Below are positions 38,696 through 48,871 of a stretch of 62,532 bases of DNA, one piece after another. A program made the translations under genes and the position numbers. Origin of the DNA: Opitutus sp. GAS368 (GTDB taxonomy: Bacteria; Verrucomicrobiota; Verrucomicrobiia; Opitutales; Opitutaceae); assembly GCA_945861645.1 (NCBI GenBank), contig CAMAVZ010000009.1, positions 1 through 62,532 of the forward strand. The letters are read 5' to 3'. Under the pieces are notes generated by a model. It made no database searches and was not told the origin of the DNA. It saw nothing but the letters and a program-made list of their open reading frames with translations. Every line of letters begins with the position of its first letter. Positions within the stretch are counted from its first letter, which is position 1.

Positions 38696-40050
38696 ACCTG
38701 GTAAGGCTGCAGCGGTACCGGATCGAACACCTTAGCTTGCGGTAATTTTTCGGCAAGTTGCGTGGCAAACCAGGCTCGGGCCGGTGGGTCGCCGTGAGTC
38801 AAAACGATCGAGCGGGGTTGGCACGCCAAAGCATATTCGAGCAATTCTTCACGCGAAGCGTGGCCACTAAACTCAAAGCGCTCAATTTGGGCGCGGATCC
38901 GCGCCTTAACATTAACGGCGGCAAAAAGAAATTCTTCGCCATTTTGCGCCGCCTGCAGATGGCCACCGGGGGTGTCCGGATCGCAGTAGCCGACGAAGCA
39001 GATACTATGCTTGGCGTTGCCGACGAGGCAGGAGGCGAGGGTATAAGAAGCGGTCTTTTCCACCATCATACCGCTGCTCACGACATAAATTCCTTGCGTG
39101 GGCGGTTCTTTTCCGGAGATGAAATCGCGGGGCGACTTTTTAATTTTTAGTTCCTTCAGAATCGTCCGCGTAAAGTGAACCAGGCCGGTTTTTTTGGAAA
39201 TATCATCAAGGTAATCGCAAAGATCCAGGCCGAGACCCGAGGCGAAAATCGGGGCGGCGCCTAAACGATTAAATTTTCGCGCATCGTGGAGGATCGCGAG
39301 TATTTCCTGCATCCGCCCAAGGGCAAAAACTGGAATCAACACCGACCCACCGCGCAACAACGTGCGATTGATTGTGTCGATCAAGCGAATCATCTCGTTC
39401 GCACGAAAGTTGCCCGGCGGTTTATCGGTAGCGCCATGCGTGGTTTCAGTCACGAGCGTATCGAAATGAACCCGCGGAAATTTCGCTCCATCCAAAATTC
39501 GTTGCGGAGAAAAAAGCACATCACCGGTAAAAAAAATGCGCCGATGTTTATGGACAATTTCCACGCCGCACGCCCCGGCGATGTGCCCAGCGGCATGAAA
39601 AGTGAATTCGATCTCATCCTGGGCCCCAGCAAATTTTTTCGGACTGTTCAGTGGGTGGGGCAACAAGCGCGGCGCAAGGCGATCAATCTCATCATGCGTG
39701 AAAAGCGGGTATTCCATGATGCCTTTTTCTTCACGTTCACGAACCATGACGTTCGAGGAATTATGCAACATCCGCTCGATGAGCATGCGACTCGGGAGCG
39801 TCATGAGCACCGGGGGGTTCGGTTGGTGCCGCATGAGTAGGGGCAAAGAACCAATATGATCCAGATGACAATGGGTGATGAAAATGAGGTCGAGCTTCAC
39901 CCCCACGAGCGGTCGCAGATCGGGGGCCGCGATGCGGCCGACTTGTTTAGGGTTGAGCCCGCTATCGATAACGAAATGGAAATCCCCGATCTGACAGTAG
40001 AGGCAGTTAGCCCCGATGCCCCCCGCACTGTTTAAATCGATGATCTTCAC
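38692..40050 (-). CDS. MBL-fold beta-CASP ribonuclease (CPSF/Ysh1-like)
   Basis: THCHLDHIG, AGHIAG, FTGD, IPVFALGRMQE, SSGM, FSGHAS, LTHGD. Confidence 0.9.
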   Translation of the reverse strand: MKIIDLNSAGGIGANCLYCQIGDFHFVIDSGLNPKQVGRIAAPDLRPLVGVKLDLIFITHCHLDHIGSLPLLMRHQPNPPVLMTLPSRMLIERMLHNSSNVMVREREEKGIMEYPLFTHDEIDRLAPRLLPHPLNSPKKFAGAQDEIEFTFHAAGHIAGACGVEIVHKHRRIFFTGDVLFSPQRILDGAKFPRVHFDTLVTETTHGATDKPPGNFRANEMIRLIDTINRTLLRGGSVLIPVFALGRMQEILAILHDARKFNRLGAAPIFASGLGLDLCDYLDDISKKTGLVHFTRTILKELKIKKSPRDFISGKEPPTQGIYVVSSGMMVEKTASYTLASCLVGNAKHSICFVGYCDPDTPGGHLQAAQNGEEFLFAAVNVKARIRAQIERFEFSGHASREELLEYALACQPRSIVLTHGDPPARAWFATQLAEKLPQAKVFDPVPLQPYQV

Positions 40051-40064
40051 GTGACGGGCGCGAG

Positions 40065-40448
40065 TCAGTCGGCCGGAATAATCATGTCAAACTTTGGGAT
40101 CCGGACAAAAATCCGAGCGCCGTGCGCATCGACTCCATGAAAACTACCGGAAGCCTGACTGTTACTGTTTCCTATATGGTAGCTGTTGTACGTAAAATGC
40201 GCGCCGGGGATGAGGGTGGGGGTCTCACCGACGATTTTGTCTCCCTCGACCACCGCCCGGGTTCCATCCGCATTTTCGATCACCCACTTCCGGCCGAGCA
40301 GGGTAACCGTACGATCAGAGCCATTATGAATCGTCAGGTAATAGATGAACGCGTGGGGGCGATCGGCTGGGAGGTGATCACCGCCGTAGCGATAAATGAG
40401 CTGATCTAAGTTAACTTTCAGACCAAGTAATTCATGCGCGACACTCAT
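40065..40448 (-). CDS. apaG: ApaG domain protein
   Basis: [36 protein letters not shown]. Confidence 0.88.
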   Translation of the reverse strand: MSVAHELLGLKVNLDQLIYRYGGDHLPADRPHAFIYYLTIHNGSDRTVTLLGRKWVIENADGTRAVVEGDKIVGETPTLIPGAHFTYNSYHIGNSNSQASGSFHGVDAHGARIFVRIPKFDMIIPAD

Positions 40449-40558
40449 CAGATGGCAGCAGTAGAAACGAAGCTATCCGCAAAATACATAAAAAAGTTCA
40501 TGCGGGGGGCAGGCTTTCGACTTGCGCCCTAAAACTCTGCCGCGCAGAAAAGCCCTCT

Positions 40559-42106
40559 ATGGAAAAGCTCGCTCTGCTGTCGGTCAGTGACAAACAAGGC
40601 CTGGTCGAATTTGCGACTGCCCTCGTACGCCAACAAGGGTATCGCTTGCTCTCGACTGGTGGGACCGCGAAGCTGCTGGCGGCGGCTGGATTGCCGGTGA
40701 CCGAAGTGGGGCAGCACACCGGGTTTCCCGAAATCATGGAAGGGCGCGTGAAGACCTTGCACCCTAAAATTCATGGCGGGTTATTATGCCGGCGCGACAA
40801 ACCCGAGCATCTCGCCCAGGCGGTGAAAAATGGCATCACCCTTATTGATTTGGTGGTAGTGAATTTATATCCGTTTGAACAGACGGTCGCTAATCCCCAG
40901 GTTTCCTTCGCAGAAGCGATCGAAAATATTGATATTGGCGGGCCCTCGATGTTACGCAGCGCCGCTAAAAACCACCCGAGTGTAACGGTAATTTGTGATC
41001 CCGCTGACTACGCGACCGTCTTGGCGGTGCTGGGCAAGCCCGTCGAATTATTGGCCCTGCGCCGTAAACTCGCGCTTAAAGTATTTCAGCGCACCGCCCG
41101 GTATGATGCGGCGATTGCCCGTTATCTCGAAGCGCAACAAGACGAACCCGATATCGAGGCCCTGAGTGGCTTCCCGGCGACGTATAATCTGGCCCTGACC
41201 AAAGCCCAAAACTTGCGCTACGGTGAAAATCCTCATCAGAAAGCGGCGCTCTATGGCACGTTCCAGCAACACTTCGAGCAATTACAAGGCAAGGAGCTGA
41301 GCTATAACAATATTTTGGATATCACGGCCGCGACTTATTTAATTGGTGAGTTTGAACGACCAACCGTCGCAATTTTAAAACACACCAATCCTTGCGGGGT
41401 CGCGAGCGCCGATACGCTGTTCGCTGCTTGGGAAAAAGCTTACGCAACCGACCGGCAGGCTCCCTTTGGGGGAATTATTGTCGTCAATAATACCTTACAC
41501 GGCGATCTAGCGAAGCTCATTGCGGAGATTTTCACCGAGGTGATCATCGCGCCGCATTTTAGTGAGGAAGCACGAGAAATTTTAGGGAAAAAGAAAAATT
41601 TGCGCTTGATGATCGCGCAGGAGGGACTGGGCGCCGATACGTTACAAGAAGTCCGCTCCGTCGTCGGTGGGGTACTGGTGCAGGACCGCAACCGCTTGTT
41701 GGGTAAAGTGAGCGACTTTAAAGTCGTGACCAAGCGCCAGCCCACGGCTGATGAATGGACCGCCATGCTTTTCGGCTGGAAGGTCGGCAAGCACGTCAAA
41801 TCGAACTCAATTGTCTATTGCCGCGGCGAACAAACCCTCGGGGTCGGCGCCGGCCAAATGGCCCGAGTGGACAGCTCGCGCATCGCCATCTGGAAAGCAA
41901 ATGAAGCGCAGCTGAACTTGCAGGGCTCCGTCGTGGCGAGCGAAGCATTGTTTCCCTTCGCTGATGGCTTGATTGCCGCGGCGGAAGCGGGTGCTACCAG
42001 CGCTATTCAGCCCGGTGGTTCCCTGCGTGATGAAGAAGTGATTCGCGCCGCCGATGAGCGGGGCATGGCGATGGTCTTCACCGGTATCCGCCACTTTAAG
42101 CACTGA
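40559..42106 (+). CDS. purH: Bifunctional AICAR transformylase / IMP cyclohydrolase
   Basis: [55 protein letters not shown]. Confidence 0.97.
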   Translation: MEKLALLSVSDKQGLVEFATALVRQQGYRLLSTGGTAKLLAAAGLPVTEVGQHTGFPEIMEGRVKTLHPKIHGGLLCRRDKPEHLAQAVKNGITLIDLVVVNLYPFEQTVANPQVSFAEAIENIDIGGPSMLRSAAKNHPSVTVICDPADYATVLAVLGKPVELLALRRKLALKVFQRTARYDAAIARYLEAQQDEPDIEALSGFPATYNLALTKAQNLRYGENPHQKAALYGTFQQHFEQLQGKELSYNNILDITAATYLIGEFERPTVAILKHTNPCGVASADTLFAAWEKAYATDRQAPFGGIIVVNNTLHGDLAKLIAEIFTEVIIAPHFSEEAREILGKKKNLRLMIAQEGLGADTLQEVRSVVGGVLVQDRNRLLGKVSDFKVVTKRQPTADEWTAMLFGWKVGKHVKSNSIVYCRGEQTLGVGAGQMARVDSSRIAIWKANEAQLNLQGSVVASEALFPFADGLIAAAEAGATSAIQPGGSLRDEEVIRAADERGMAMVFTGIRHFKH

Positions 42107-42167
42107 GATCAACTTACCTAGGGTACTTCTTGCTAGCGCCCCGCTTAAAATTGGGTAGCGTTAAACT

Positions 42168-43538
42168 ATGTTTGATCCGGTAGAAAAATTAAAGGAATAC
42201 GTCCGCCACGCGAGTGTTTCGGCTGATCCCCAATACCAGCAGGGGATGGTAGGAGCGCAGCAATTCGTGAGCAATTTGCTCAAAGAGATTGGCTTTAGCG
42301 TCGAAGTGGTCCCCACCGCCTTACACCCCGTAATTCTGGGTAAACGCGGCGATAATCCTGCCTGGCCGCACGTGATTATCTACGGCCACTATGATGTTCA
42401 ACCTGCGGACCCTTTAGCTAAATGGGAAACGCCGCCATTCGAACCAACCATTAAAGGGGAGCGGATTTATGGTCGGGGCACAGCTGATAATAAAGGTCCG
42501 CTCATGGTGCATCTGGCGGCGGTGGGGCGATTGTTGGAGAAAAATCCTAATCTACCGCTCCGGATTACCTTTATGATTGAGGGGGAGGAGGAGATCGGGA
42601 GTAAAAATTTCAAAACTTTTCTCGGTGAAAACAAAGAAAAATTGCGCGGAGATTTTGTCTACCTCTCTGACACGGGCATTCCTTCGCCAGACCAAATTGT
42701 AATTACCGTCGGACTGCGTGGCATGCTGGCTTTTGAAGTTGAATTCACCGGTCCTCAGTCGGAGTTGCATTCTGGCCTGCATGGCGGCGTAATCATGAAT
42801 CCGCTCCAAGCCCTCGCAGAATTTTGTGCATCACTCCATACTCCCGACGGTCGCGTAAATCTTCCTGGGTTCTATGATGCCGTGGTGGAACCGGAGGCCT
42901 GGGAGCGCGCCGAATTACTCAAATTAGGCTTAGATCAGCGCCCTTACGCTAAATTTTTAGGCATCAATGAATTTCATACGCCTCCGGGCTATAATCCTTT
43001 TGAGGCCATTCGTTTTCTCCCGACGCTGGAATTTAACGGCTTTAGCGGTGGTTATCAAGGAGCCGGCACCAAAACGGTCATTCCCAGTAAGGCTAGCGTC
43101 AAAATCACCTGTCGCTTGGTGCCCAACCAGACCCCCGAAAACACCAAGGAAATTATGTTCGCTGAACTGCGTCGCCGCTGCCCGAGAGGGGTGACGATGA
43201 CGATCAAAGAACAACATCACGCGACTCCTTACGTGGTGATTCCACCTGGACGATCAAACACTCCGCCCGATCAATCAGCTGTTTTAGCCCGGGGATTCCG
43301 CGCGGTTGAACATGCGGTTACAGCAGTTTGGGGTAAACCACCGCTCTTTCTGCGCGAGGGGGGCAGCGTGGGGTTGATCGCTGATCTTAAACAAGTACTC
43401 GGGCTTGATGCGGTGATGATGGGCCTTTTCCTACCAGAGGATAATCTGCACGCACCGAATGAAAGCTTTCATCTCGGGGTAATGAAAAAAGCGATCGACG
43501 CATCGGAGCGCGTCCTCGCGGAATTGGCTCAAAGCTAA
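42168..43538 (+). CDS. M20 family metallo-dipeptidase
   Basis: YGHYDVQP, GRGTADNKG, EGEEEIGS, LHSGLHGG, HAPNE. Confidence 0.92.
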   Translation: MFDPVEKLKEYVRHASVSADPQYQQGMVGAQQFVSNLLKEIGFSVEVVPTALHPVILGKRGDNPAWPHVIIYGHYDVQPADPLAKWETPPFEPTIKGERIYGRGTADNKGPLMVHLAAVGRLLEKNPNLPLRITFMIEGEEEIGSKNFKTFLGENKEKLRGDFVYLSDTGIPSPDQIVITVGLRGMLAFEVEFTGPQSELHSGLHGGVIMNPLQALAEFCASLHTPDGRVNLPGFYDAVVEPEAWERAELLKLGLDQRPYAKFLGINEFHTPPGYNPFEAIRFLPTLEFNGFSGGYQGAGTKTVIPSKASVKITCRLVPNQTPENTKEIMFAELRRRCPRGVTMTIKEQHHATPYVVIPPGRSNTPPDQSAVLARGFRAVEHAVTAVWGKPPLFLREGGSVGLIADLKQVLGLDAVMMGLFLPEDNLHAPNESFHLGVMKKAIDASERVLAELAQS

Positions 43539-43607
43539 AAGGGCCTTGGGGCCGTGGCGAAAAAACGCCTCACCCTGTTGGCCTTCTCTGCGTCGTTTTA
43601 CTGGCAC

Positions 43608-43635
43608 AAAAAAGCCCCAGCAAGAAAGCCGGGGC
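43608..43635 (-). terminator. Rho-independent terminator of the pal/ompA gene
   Basis: Minus strand GCCCCGGC-TTTCTT-GCTGGGGC-TTTTTT. Confidence 0.75.
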
Positions 43636-43658
43636 CTTGGTTCTTGCGCTAAAATAAA

Positions 43659-44195
43659 TTAGCGCTTAAGGACGACGAAATCGACGCGCCGGTCTTTCGT
43701 CCAGTCGCCTTCAGAGCCGCCTTGCTTCGCATCGATGGAGCCTTTCGAGAGGGTTTCCAGACGCTTTGCGTCGACACCGAGTGATTCGAGGTAGCGTTTG
43801 ACCGCGTTAGCGCGGCGATCACCGAGGCCGAGATTATATTCAGCGGTCCCGCGCCAGTCGCAGTGGCCAATGAGCGCGAGATTTTTATCACCATTATCAT
43901 TGAGCCATTTAACGGCGGCCTCAATTTTAGGGCGTTCGGCTGAAGCCACTGCTGATCGATCGAGCGCAAAATACACCGGCTCGACAACGCTCTTGCTCGC
44001 ATCATCAACCGAGCCACCATCGCGGGCGGAAAGGTTCGCGTTATCTCCGGGGACCGCGATTTGCTCCGGATTAATACCACTGGAACCAGTTTGCGTGGAA
44101 TCTGGCATCGCTCGTACTGGTTTTTTGGCGCACGCCGTAAAGAGCAATGCGGTGGCAGCGAGAATTAGACCGAGGATTTTGGAAGAATTAATCAT
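43659..44195 (-). CDS. pal: Peptidoglycan-associated lipoprotein (OmpA-like domain)
   Basis: Lipobox FTAC; VYFALD, GHCDWRGTAEYNLGLGDRRANAV, DRRVDF. Confidence 0.88.
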   Translation of the reverse strand: MINSSKILGLILAATALLFTACAKKPVRAMPDSTQTGSSGINPEQIAVPGDNANLSARDGGSVDDASKSVVEPVYFALDRSAVASAERPKIEAAVKWLNDNGDKNLALIGHCDWRGTAEYNLGLGDRRANAVKRYLESLGVDAKRLETLSKGSIDAKQGGSEGDWTKDRRVDFVVLKR

Positions 44196-44291
44196 GGGTT
44201 ACAATGTTATGAGTCTGTAGACTAATGGATATTCGGTAGTTACGCGCAAGAAAGAAACTCACGGCGGCGCATTCAGCCCCAGCGGCCAGCC

Positions 44292-44957
44292 TCAATGGTG
44301 GATAAGGCCAATTTCTAGCGAATAACGAGTCAGGCTTGCGACATCATGCAGATCTAACTTTCGCATTAAATTAGTGCGGTGATTATCAACCGTCTTGGCG
44401 CTGATCGCCAGTTTCTCGGCTATACCCCGCGTGCTATTACTTTCTGCCACGAGTTTGAGGATTTCCCGCTCGCGGCGCGTTAGAGCATCAATGCCACTCG
44501 CGGGTCCGGGATGTGCGACCACGTTGCGCAGCAAAGCAGCCACGCCAGGGCCAAAGTACGTGCCACCGCGAGCAATAGTTTCTAAGCCTTTTTTAAATTC
44601 ACTAAGTCCCGCTGTTTTTTCAACAAAGCCGTGGGCTCCCGCCTCAAGCATTTCGCGCACCAAAATCGGGCTTTCAAAGGCGGAAAAGATCAATACCCGA
44701 GTCTGTTTGAGCGGTTTGCTGATGCGCCGGAGGATATCGACCCCACTCAGACCTGGCAGACGGGCATCGAGCACAATGAGATCGGGCTTAAGCTCCAAAC
44801 ATAACTTACAGGCCTGCTGGCCATCGCCACATTCACCCACGATCCGGTAATTTAGGTTGCTTTGCAAAATTTCAGCTAACATTTCGCGAATGGCGGTTTG
44901 ATCTTCCACGATCACGATTCGTTGCGGTTGGGCGGGAGTAGTCACAAGCGGTCGCAA
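44292..44957 (-). CDS. NarL/LuxR family response regulator
   Basis: Receiver domain (VEDQ, PDLIVLD, GFVEK) plus Lux[13 protein letters not shown]...[17 protein letters not shown]. Confidence 0.92.
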   Translation of the reverse strand: MRPLVTTPAQPQRIVIVEDQTAIREMLAEILQSNLNYRIVGECGDGQQACKLCLELKPDLIVLDARLPGLSGVDILRRISKPLKQTRVLIFSAFESPILVREMLEAGAHGFVEKTAGLSEFKKGLETIARGGTYFGPGVAALLRNVVAHPGPASGIDALTRREREILKLVAESNSTRGIAEKLAISAKTVDNHRTNLMRKLDLHDVASLTRYSLEIGLIHH

Positions 44958-45052
44958 TAATGGGGGAATAACCTGATAGCTAACTCAGGAATTAAATTTG
45001 TCCATGCAGGAATAGTCTGGGGCTATTTGCCGGCTATCGCTCCGGCGGCGGC

Positions 45053-45127
45053 TGGTGGGGCGACCGGGATTCGAACCCGGAACCAAAAGCTTAAAAGGCT
45101 TCTGCTCTACCATTGAGCTATCGCCCC
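45053..45127 (-). tRNA. tRNA-Lys (anticodon TTT)
   Basis: Minus strand GGGGCGATAGCTCAATGGTAGAGCAGAAGCCTTTTAAGCTTTTGGTTCCGGGTTCGAATCCCGGTCGCCCCACCA: full cloverleaf with encoded CCA. Confidence 0.97.
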
Positions 45128-45248
45128 CTCGCCAGCTTGCAGGGTTGAGATATTTTTTCAGTCAGCTGGCAACGCAAGAATTATTTACGTTTAGCTGATA
45201 TTGACCCCCCGACGCGTTTTCGTCCAAAATAGCCCCACGACGTTTATC

Positions 45249-45899
45249 ATGGGAACAATTCTCCAAACTCCGGATCAAAAAGATTCTGCACCCATGACAG
45301 ATAAAGTCCAAGAAGTAGCTTTGGATCGGCTGTTGGTCGACCGCTTTAGAGGCGGCGATGCCGGGGCGTTTGAACAGTTAGTAACTCGCTATTGGGATCG
45401 CATCTATGGAATGGTGCATCAACTGCTGCGCAATCAACAGGATGCCGAGGAGGTCACCCAGGACGCTTTTATTCGCGCCCACCGCGGATTAGTTAACTTT
45501 CGCGGAGACTCGGCCTTTTCGACTTGGCTCTATCAAATCGCGACAAATTTAGCGCGCAACCGCTATTGGTACTGGTGGCGCCGGAAACGCGATAAATCGA
45601 TTTCCTTTGATGCGCCGATGAGCGGGGACAATGACACCACGCTAGCCGAACTGATCCCCGCGGAACAAGAAACCCCGGAGGATGCTACGGTTACTCAAGA
45701 ATTTGTTAATCGGATCGCCGAGTGCATGGACAAACTCAACGAAAAGCATCGCGAGATTCTCATCCTGCGCAATGTTCGCAACCTCGCCTACGAGGAAATC
45801 GCGGAAATTCTCGGCATTAGCGTCGGCACCGTTAAAAGCCGAATCGCGCGAGCCCGGGAAAGTTTGCGCGAACAATTAGGAGAAGAATTCACCCAATGA
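45249..45899 (+). CDS. ECF (sigma-70 group 4) RNA polymerase sigma factor
   Basis: DAEEVTQDAF, FRGDSAFSTWLYQIATN, YEEIAEILGISVGTVKSRIARAR. Alternative start at 45294. Confidence 0.93.
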   Translation: MGTILQTPDQKDSAPMTDKVQEVALDRLLVDRFRGGDAGAFEQLVTRYWDRIYGMVHQLLRNQQDAEEVTQDAFIRAHRGLVNFRGDSAFSTWLYQIATNLARNRYWYWWRRKRDKSISFDAPMSGDNDTTLAELIPAEQETPEDATVTQEFVNRIAECMDKLNEKHREILILRNVRNLAYEEIAEILGISVGTVKSRIARARESLREQLGEEFTQ

Positions 45900-46555
45900 A
45901 AGACCATCGTTTTATTGAACTCGTAAATTTGTATATCGACCGGCAGATCACCGCCGCCGAAACCGCTGAGCTGGAGGCCGAAATACAAGGGCACCCCCGT
46001 CACCGCGCCATCTACCAGCAATATTGCCAAATCCACCGCGCCACAATGGATATTGGAGAAGGTTTTCGTCCGCAAGCTGCCGGCCAATCAACTCAAACTA
46101 CCTTTACCAATAGCCAGTCCGTCCAACGTGCGCGCGAACAGCGTCAGCGGCGCGTTCGCTGGGGCTATTATGCCAGCGGCCTAGCTGCTGCCGCGTGTTT
46201 CGGCTTAATTTTCGTACGCCTAAATTCAAAACCAGCCGGTGTGATCGAGGGGCTCGCAACTGCGCCGGCTTTAATCGCCCGACCCGCGATCACCCCACGA
46301 GCCGTCGAGTCGGTTGTGGTGCCGGTGATCCCAACTATGGCTCAGTCTATTTATGGCGCGAACGAAGCGCCCGCGCGGCCAATGCAACGTTCACTGCTGA
46401 GCCGCCAAAGTGAATCAATCCAGTACCCATCGCTATTTGCGGACGAGGTTTTCAACCCAAAGCAAAGCGGACCGTTGAGCAACTCACGGACTTTTCGCGG
46501 ACTGCCTACCCCTAATCAGCAGCTCGAGTTTACGGCTTTTCAGTTTCAGCGCTAG
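45896..46555 (+). CDS. Putative membrane anti-sigma factor
   Basis: ATGA overlap with the sigma gene; N-terminal ELVNLYIDRQI...ELE anti-sigma-domain-like helix, single TM (GLAAAACFGLIFV), extracytoplasmic tail. Confidence 0.7.
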   Translation: MKDHRFIELVNLYIDRQITAAETAELEAEIQGHPRHRAIYQQYCQIHRATMDIGEGFRPQAAGQSTQTTFTNSQSVQRAREQRQRRVRWGYYASGLAAAACFGLIFVRLNSKPAGVIEGLATAPALIARPAITPRAVESVVVPVIPTMAQSIYGANEAPARPMQRSLLSRQSESIQYPSLFADEVFNPKQSGPLSNSRTFRGLPTPNQQLEFTAFQFQR

Positions 46556-46557
46556 GC

Positions 46558-47169
46558 CTAGCCCAGGGCTTTTTTGATCAAGGACTCGGTCGAGGTGGTA
46601 GGTCCGAGCGTAACCCACGCTTGCCGGACAGCTTTATCCGCATCCACTGCGCGATAGCCCAGGGCCACTAACGCCAAGACGGCATCGCGAATTTTATTTT
46701 CAACTGAAGCCACGGGAGCCACCCCTGCGCCCGCTTGGGTCGCAGCCGCCCCTGCGAGCTCAGCCGGATTTAAATAATCGCGTAGTTCAATGACGAGGCG
46801 CTCGGCCGTTTTTTTGCCAATCCCGGGGCACTTCGAGAGTAAGCCGATATCACCTGCGGCGATGGCTCCTTTTAAAGTAGCGAGTGATAGCTTGCTGAGT
46901 ACGCTGAGCGCCATTTTGGGGCCAACCCCAGTTACTTTTTCAACTAAGAGCCGAAAAAAGTTGCGCTCTTCCTCTGTGCTAAAGCCATAGAGCGTTTGCG
47001 AGTCTTCGCGATAAACAGCCACGGTGTGCAATTTTGCCTGCTGCCCGAGCGAGGGCAGGCGCTCGGCTGTCGTTACAGGAATGTGCACTTCGTAGCCAAA
47101 GCCTCCCACCTCAATGGTGGCGGTGAGGGGAGTGGCGGCGACCAACTGACCAGTGATGCTGGTAATCAT
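46558..47169 (-). CDS. ruvA: Holliday junction branch migration protein RuvA
   Basis: MITSITG, VGGFGYEV, REDSQTLYGF, GVGPKMAL, PGIGKKTAERL, ALVALGY. Confidence 0.96.
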   Translation of the reverse strand: MITSITGQLVAATPLTATIEVGGFGYEVHIPVTTAERLPSLGQQAKLHTVAVYREDSQTLYGFSTEEERNFFRLLVEKVTGVGPKMALSVLSKLSLATLKGAIAAGDIGLLSKCPGIGKKTAERLVIELRDYLNPAELAGAAATQAGAGVAPVASVENKIRDAVLALVALGYRAVDADKAVRQAWVTLGPTTSTESLIKKALG

Positions 47170-47897
47170 TTCAATCCGAGCACGTCCTGCATATCGTACA
47201 ATCCGGGAGGTTGCCCCATGATCCAGTGGGCGGCGCGGAGGGCGCCACGAGCAAAAATAGCGCGATCACTTGCCTTGTGGGTGAGCTCCACGCGTTCACC
47301 GAGCGCCGCAAAAATCACGGTGTGATCCCCGACTACATCACCGCCGCGTAAAGCATGTACGCCCACTTCAGTAGGCGATCGCTCCCCGGTGAGGCCCGCA
47401 CGGCCGTGACGCAGAGCAGTCGCAGTCAACTGCCGCTCTACCAAAATAATATCCAATAAACGAGCGGCTGTTCCGCTAGGCGCATCCTTTTTAAAGCGAT
47501 GATGCATTTCCACTACCTCGGCATCGTAATCAGCACCGAGAATACCAGCTGCGCGTTGCGTCAGGGCAAAAAGGAGATTAACGCCGACAGAAAAATTTCC
47601 AGCCCAGACACAGGGTATTTTTGCGGCCATGCTGCGCAAATGCTCCTTTTCAGCTGGAGTATGTCCCGTGGTGCCCAGCACAACAGGTTTGTGATGAAGC
47701 TGTGCGAGCTCGAGCACTTGAGCCGTGGCCCCCGGTGAGCTGAAATCAATCATTACCTCACAGCGGGAGATCGATGCACTGAGATCATCCCCAGCGTCGA
47801 GACCGGCATAAATTGTCGCATTCATTTCACCAGCAACGCTGGCGATGACTTTGCCCATTCGGCCCTGGGCCCCGTTCAAGAGAATTTGGAGTGGCAT
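47166..47897 (-). CDS. dapB: 4-hydroxy-tetrahydrodipicolinate reductase
   Basis: GAQGRMG, GTTG, NFSVG, EMHHRFKKDAPSGTA, FARGAL. Confidence 0.96.
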   Translation of the reverse strand: MPLQILLNGAQGRMGKVIASVAGEMNATIYAGLDAGDDLSASISRCEVMIDFSSPGATAQVLELAQLHHKPVVLGTTGHTPAEKEHLRSMAAKIPCVWAGNFSVGVNLLFALTQRAAGILGADYDAEVVEMHHRFKKDAPSGTAARLLDIILVERQLTATALRHGRAGLTGERSPTEVGVHALRGGDVVGDHTVIFAALGERVELTHKASDRAIFARGALRAAHWIMGQPPGLYDMQDVLGLK

Positions 47898-47902
47898 GTG
47901 CG

Positions 47903-48793
47903 TTAGGCTCGGTAAGCGTCCAACGCGGCCAGAAGCGTTTTGCGATTGGCCGTACTTAAGGCGCAGAGTGGTAAGCGAACTTCCTCAGAGCTAATAATCC
48001 CCAAGCGAGCAAGGGCTACCTTCATCGGCACCGGGTTTGATTCAATGAAGAATGTCTTGAAGAGCGGGTAAAGTTTTCGGTGCAGAATACGCGCACGACG
48101 GTAATCACCGGCCAGAGCTAGCGCGGTCAATTGGGTGACTTCACGCGGGAAATAATTAGAGGCCACACTGATCACTCCTTTCGCCCCCACCGCCATGAAG
48201 GGGAGGGTGAGGCTGTCATCACCACTCAGCACAGTCACGGCATCGCCCAAAGTTTGCATGATTTGATCAACACGATCCACGCTACCGCCCGCTTCTTTGA
48301 TGTGGGCTACGTGGGGATATTTTGCTCGAAGCCGAGCGATCACATCTACGCTAATTTCAACGCCACAGCGACCGGGAATCGAATACAATATGATGGGCTT
48401 ATCCGTAACGTCAGCGATTCGGGCGAAGTGCTGGAAAAGCCCCTCTTGCGTCGGGCGATTATAATAAGGCGCAACCAGTAACAATGCATCGGCCCCTGCC
48501 GTCACCGCCGCCTGGCTGAGATCGATGGCTTCTTGGGTGGAATTGGAACCCGTTCCCGCAATAACCGGGACTCGCCCTCGGGCCGCCTCAATGGTGCCGG
48601 CAATGATGGCCAAGTGCTCTTCATGGGTGACCGTCGGGGACTCGCCCGTAGTACCAACAGGAATGAGGCCATCGATCCCGGCTTTAATTTGAAATTCGAC
48701 GAGTTTCTTCAATTCGTCAAAAGCGACGACGCCGCGCCGGAAGGGTGTAACGAGGGCAGTATAGGAACCGGTGAACTGGCGGGGACGTTTCAT
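47903..48793 (-). CDS. dapA: 4-hydroxy-tetrahydrodipicolinate synthase
   Basis: ALVTPF, GTTGESPT, AGTGSNST, PYYNRP, IKEA, SGDD, ESNPVPMK. Confidence 0.96.
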   Translation of the reverse strand: MKRPRQFTGSYTALVTPFRRGVVAFDELKKLVEFQIKAGIDGLIPVGTTGESPTVTHEEHLAIIAGTIEAARGRVPVIAGTGSNSTQEAIDLSQAAVTAGADALLLVAPYYNRPTQEGLFQHFARIADVTDKPIILYSIPGRCGVEISVDVIARLRAKYPHVAHIKEAGGSVDRVDQIMQTLGDAVTVLSGDDSLTLPFMAVGAKGVISVASNYFPREVTQLTALALAGDYRRARILHRKLYPLFKTFFIESNPVPMKVALARLGIISSEEVRLPLCALSTANRKTLLAALDAYRA

Positions 48794-48871
48794 GGGAAAG
48801 TTACCTTGAACGATGCAAAGTTAAGCTGTAGTAAAAGCACAGCTTAAATCTCGGTTCACGCAAAAAATTCC

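Noticed and set aside
40449-40558. ZMP/ZTP riboswitch upstream of purH
   Set aside because: Conserved elements (GACUGGCG...GUGG, CGCCUGGG) are not present.
45000-45130. tRNA-Lys as an integration site for a genomic island
   Set aside because: No integrase and no duplicated tRNA 3' end seen in the window.
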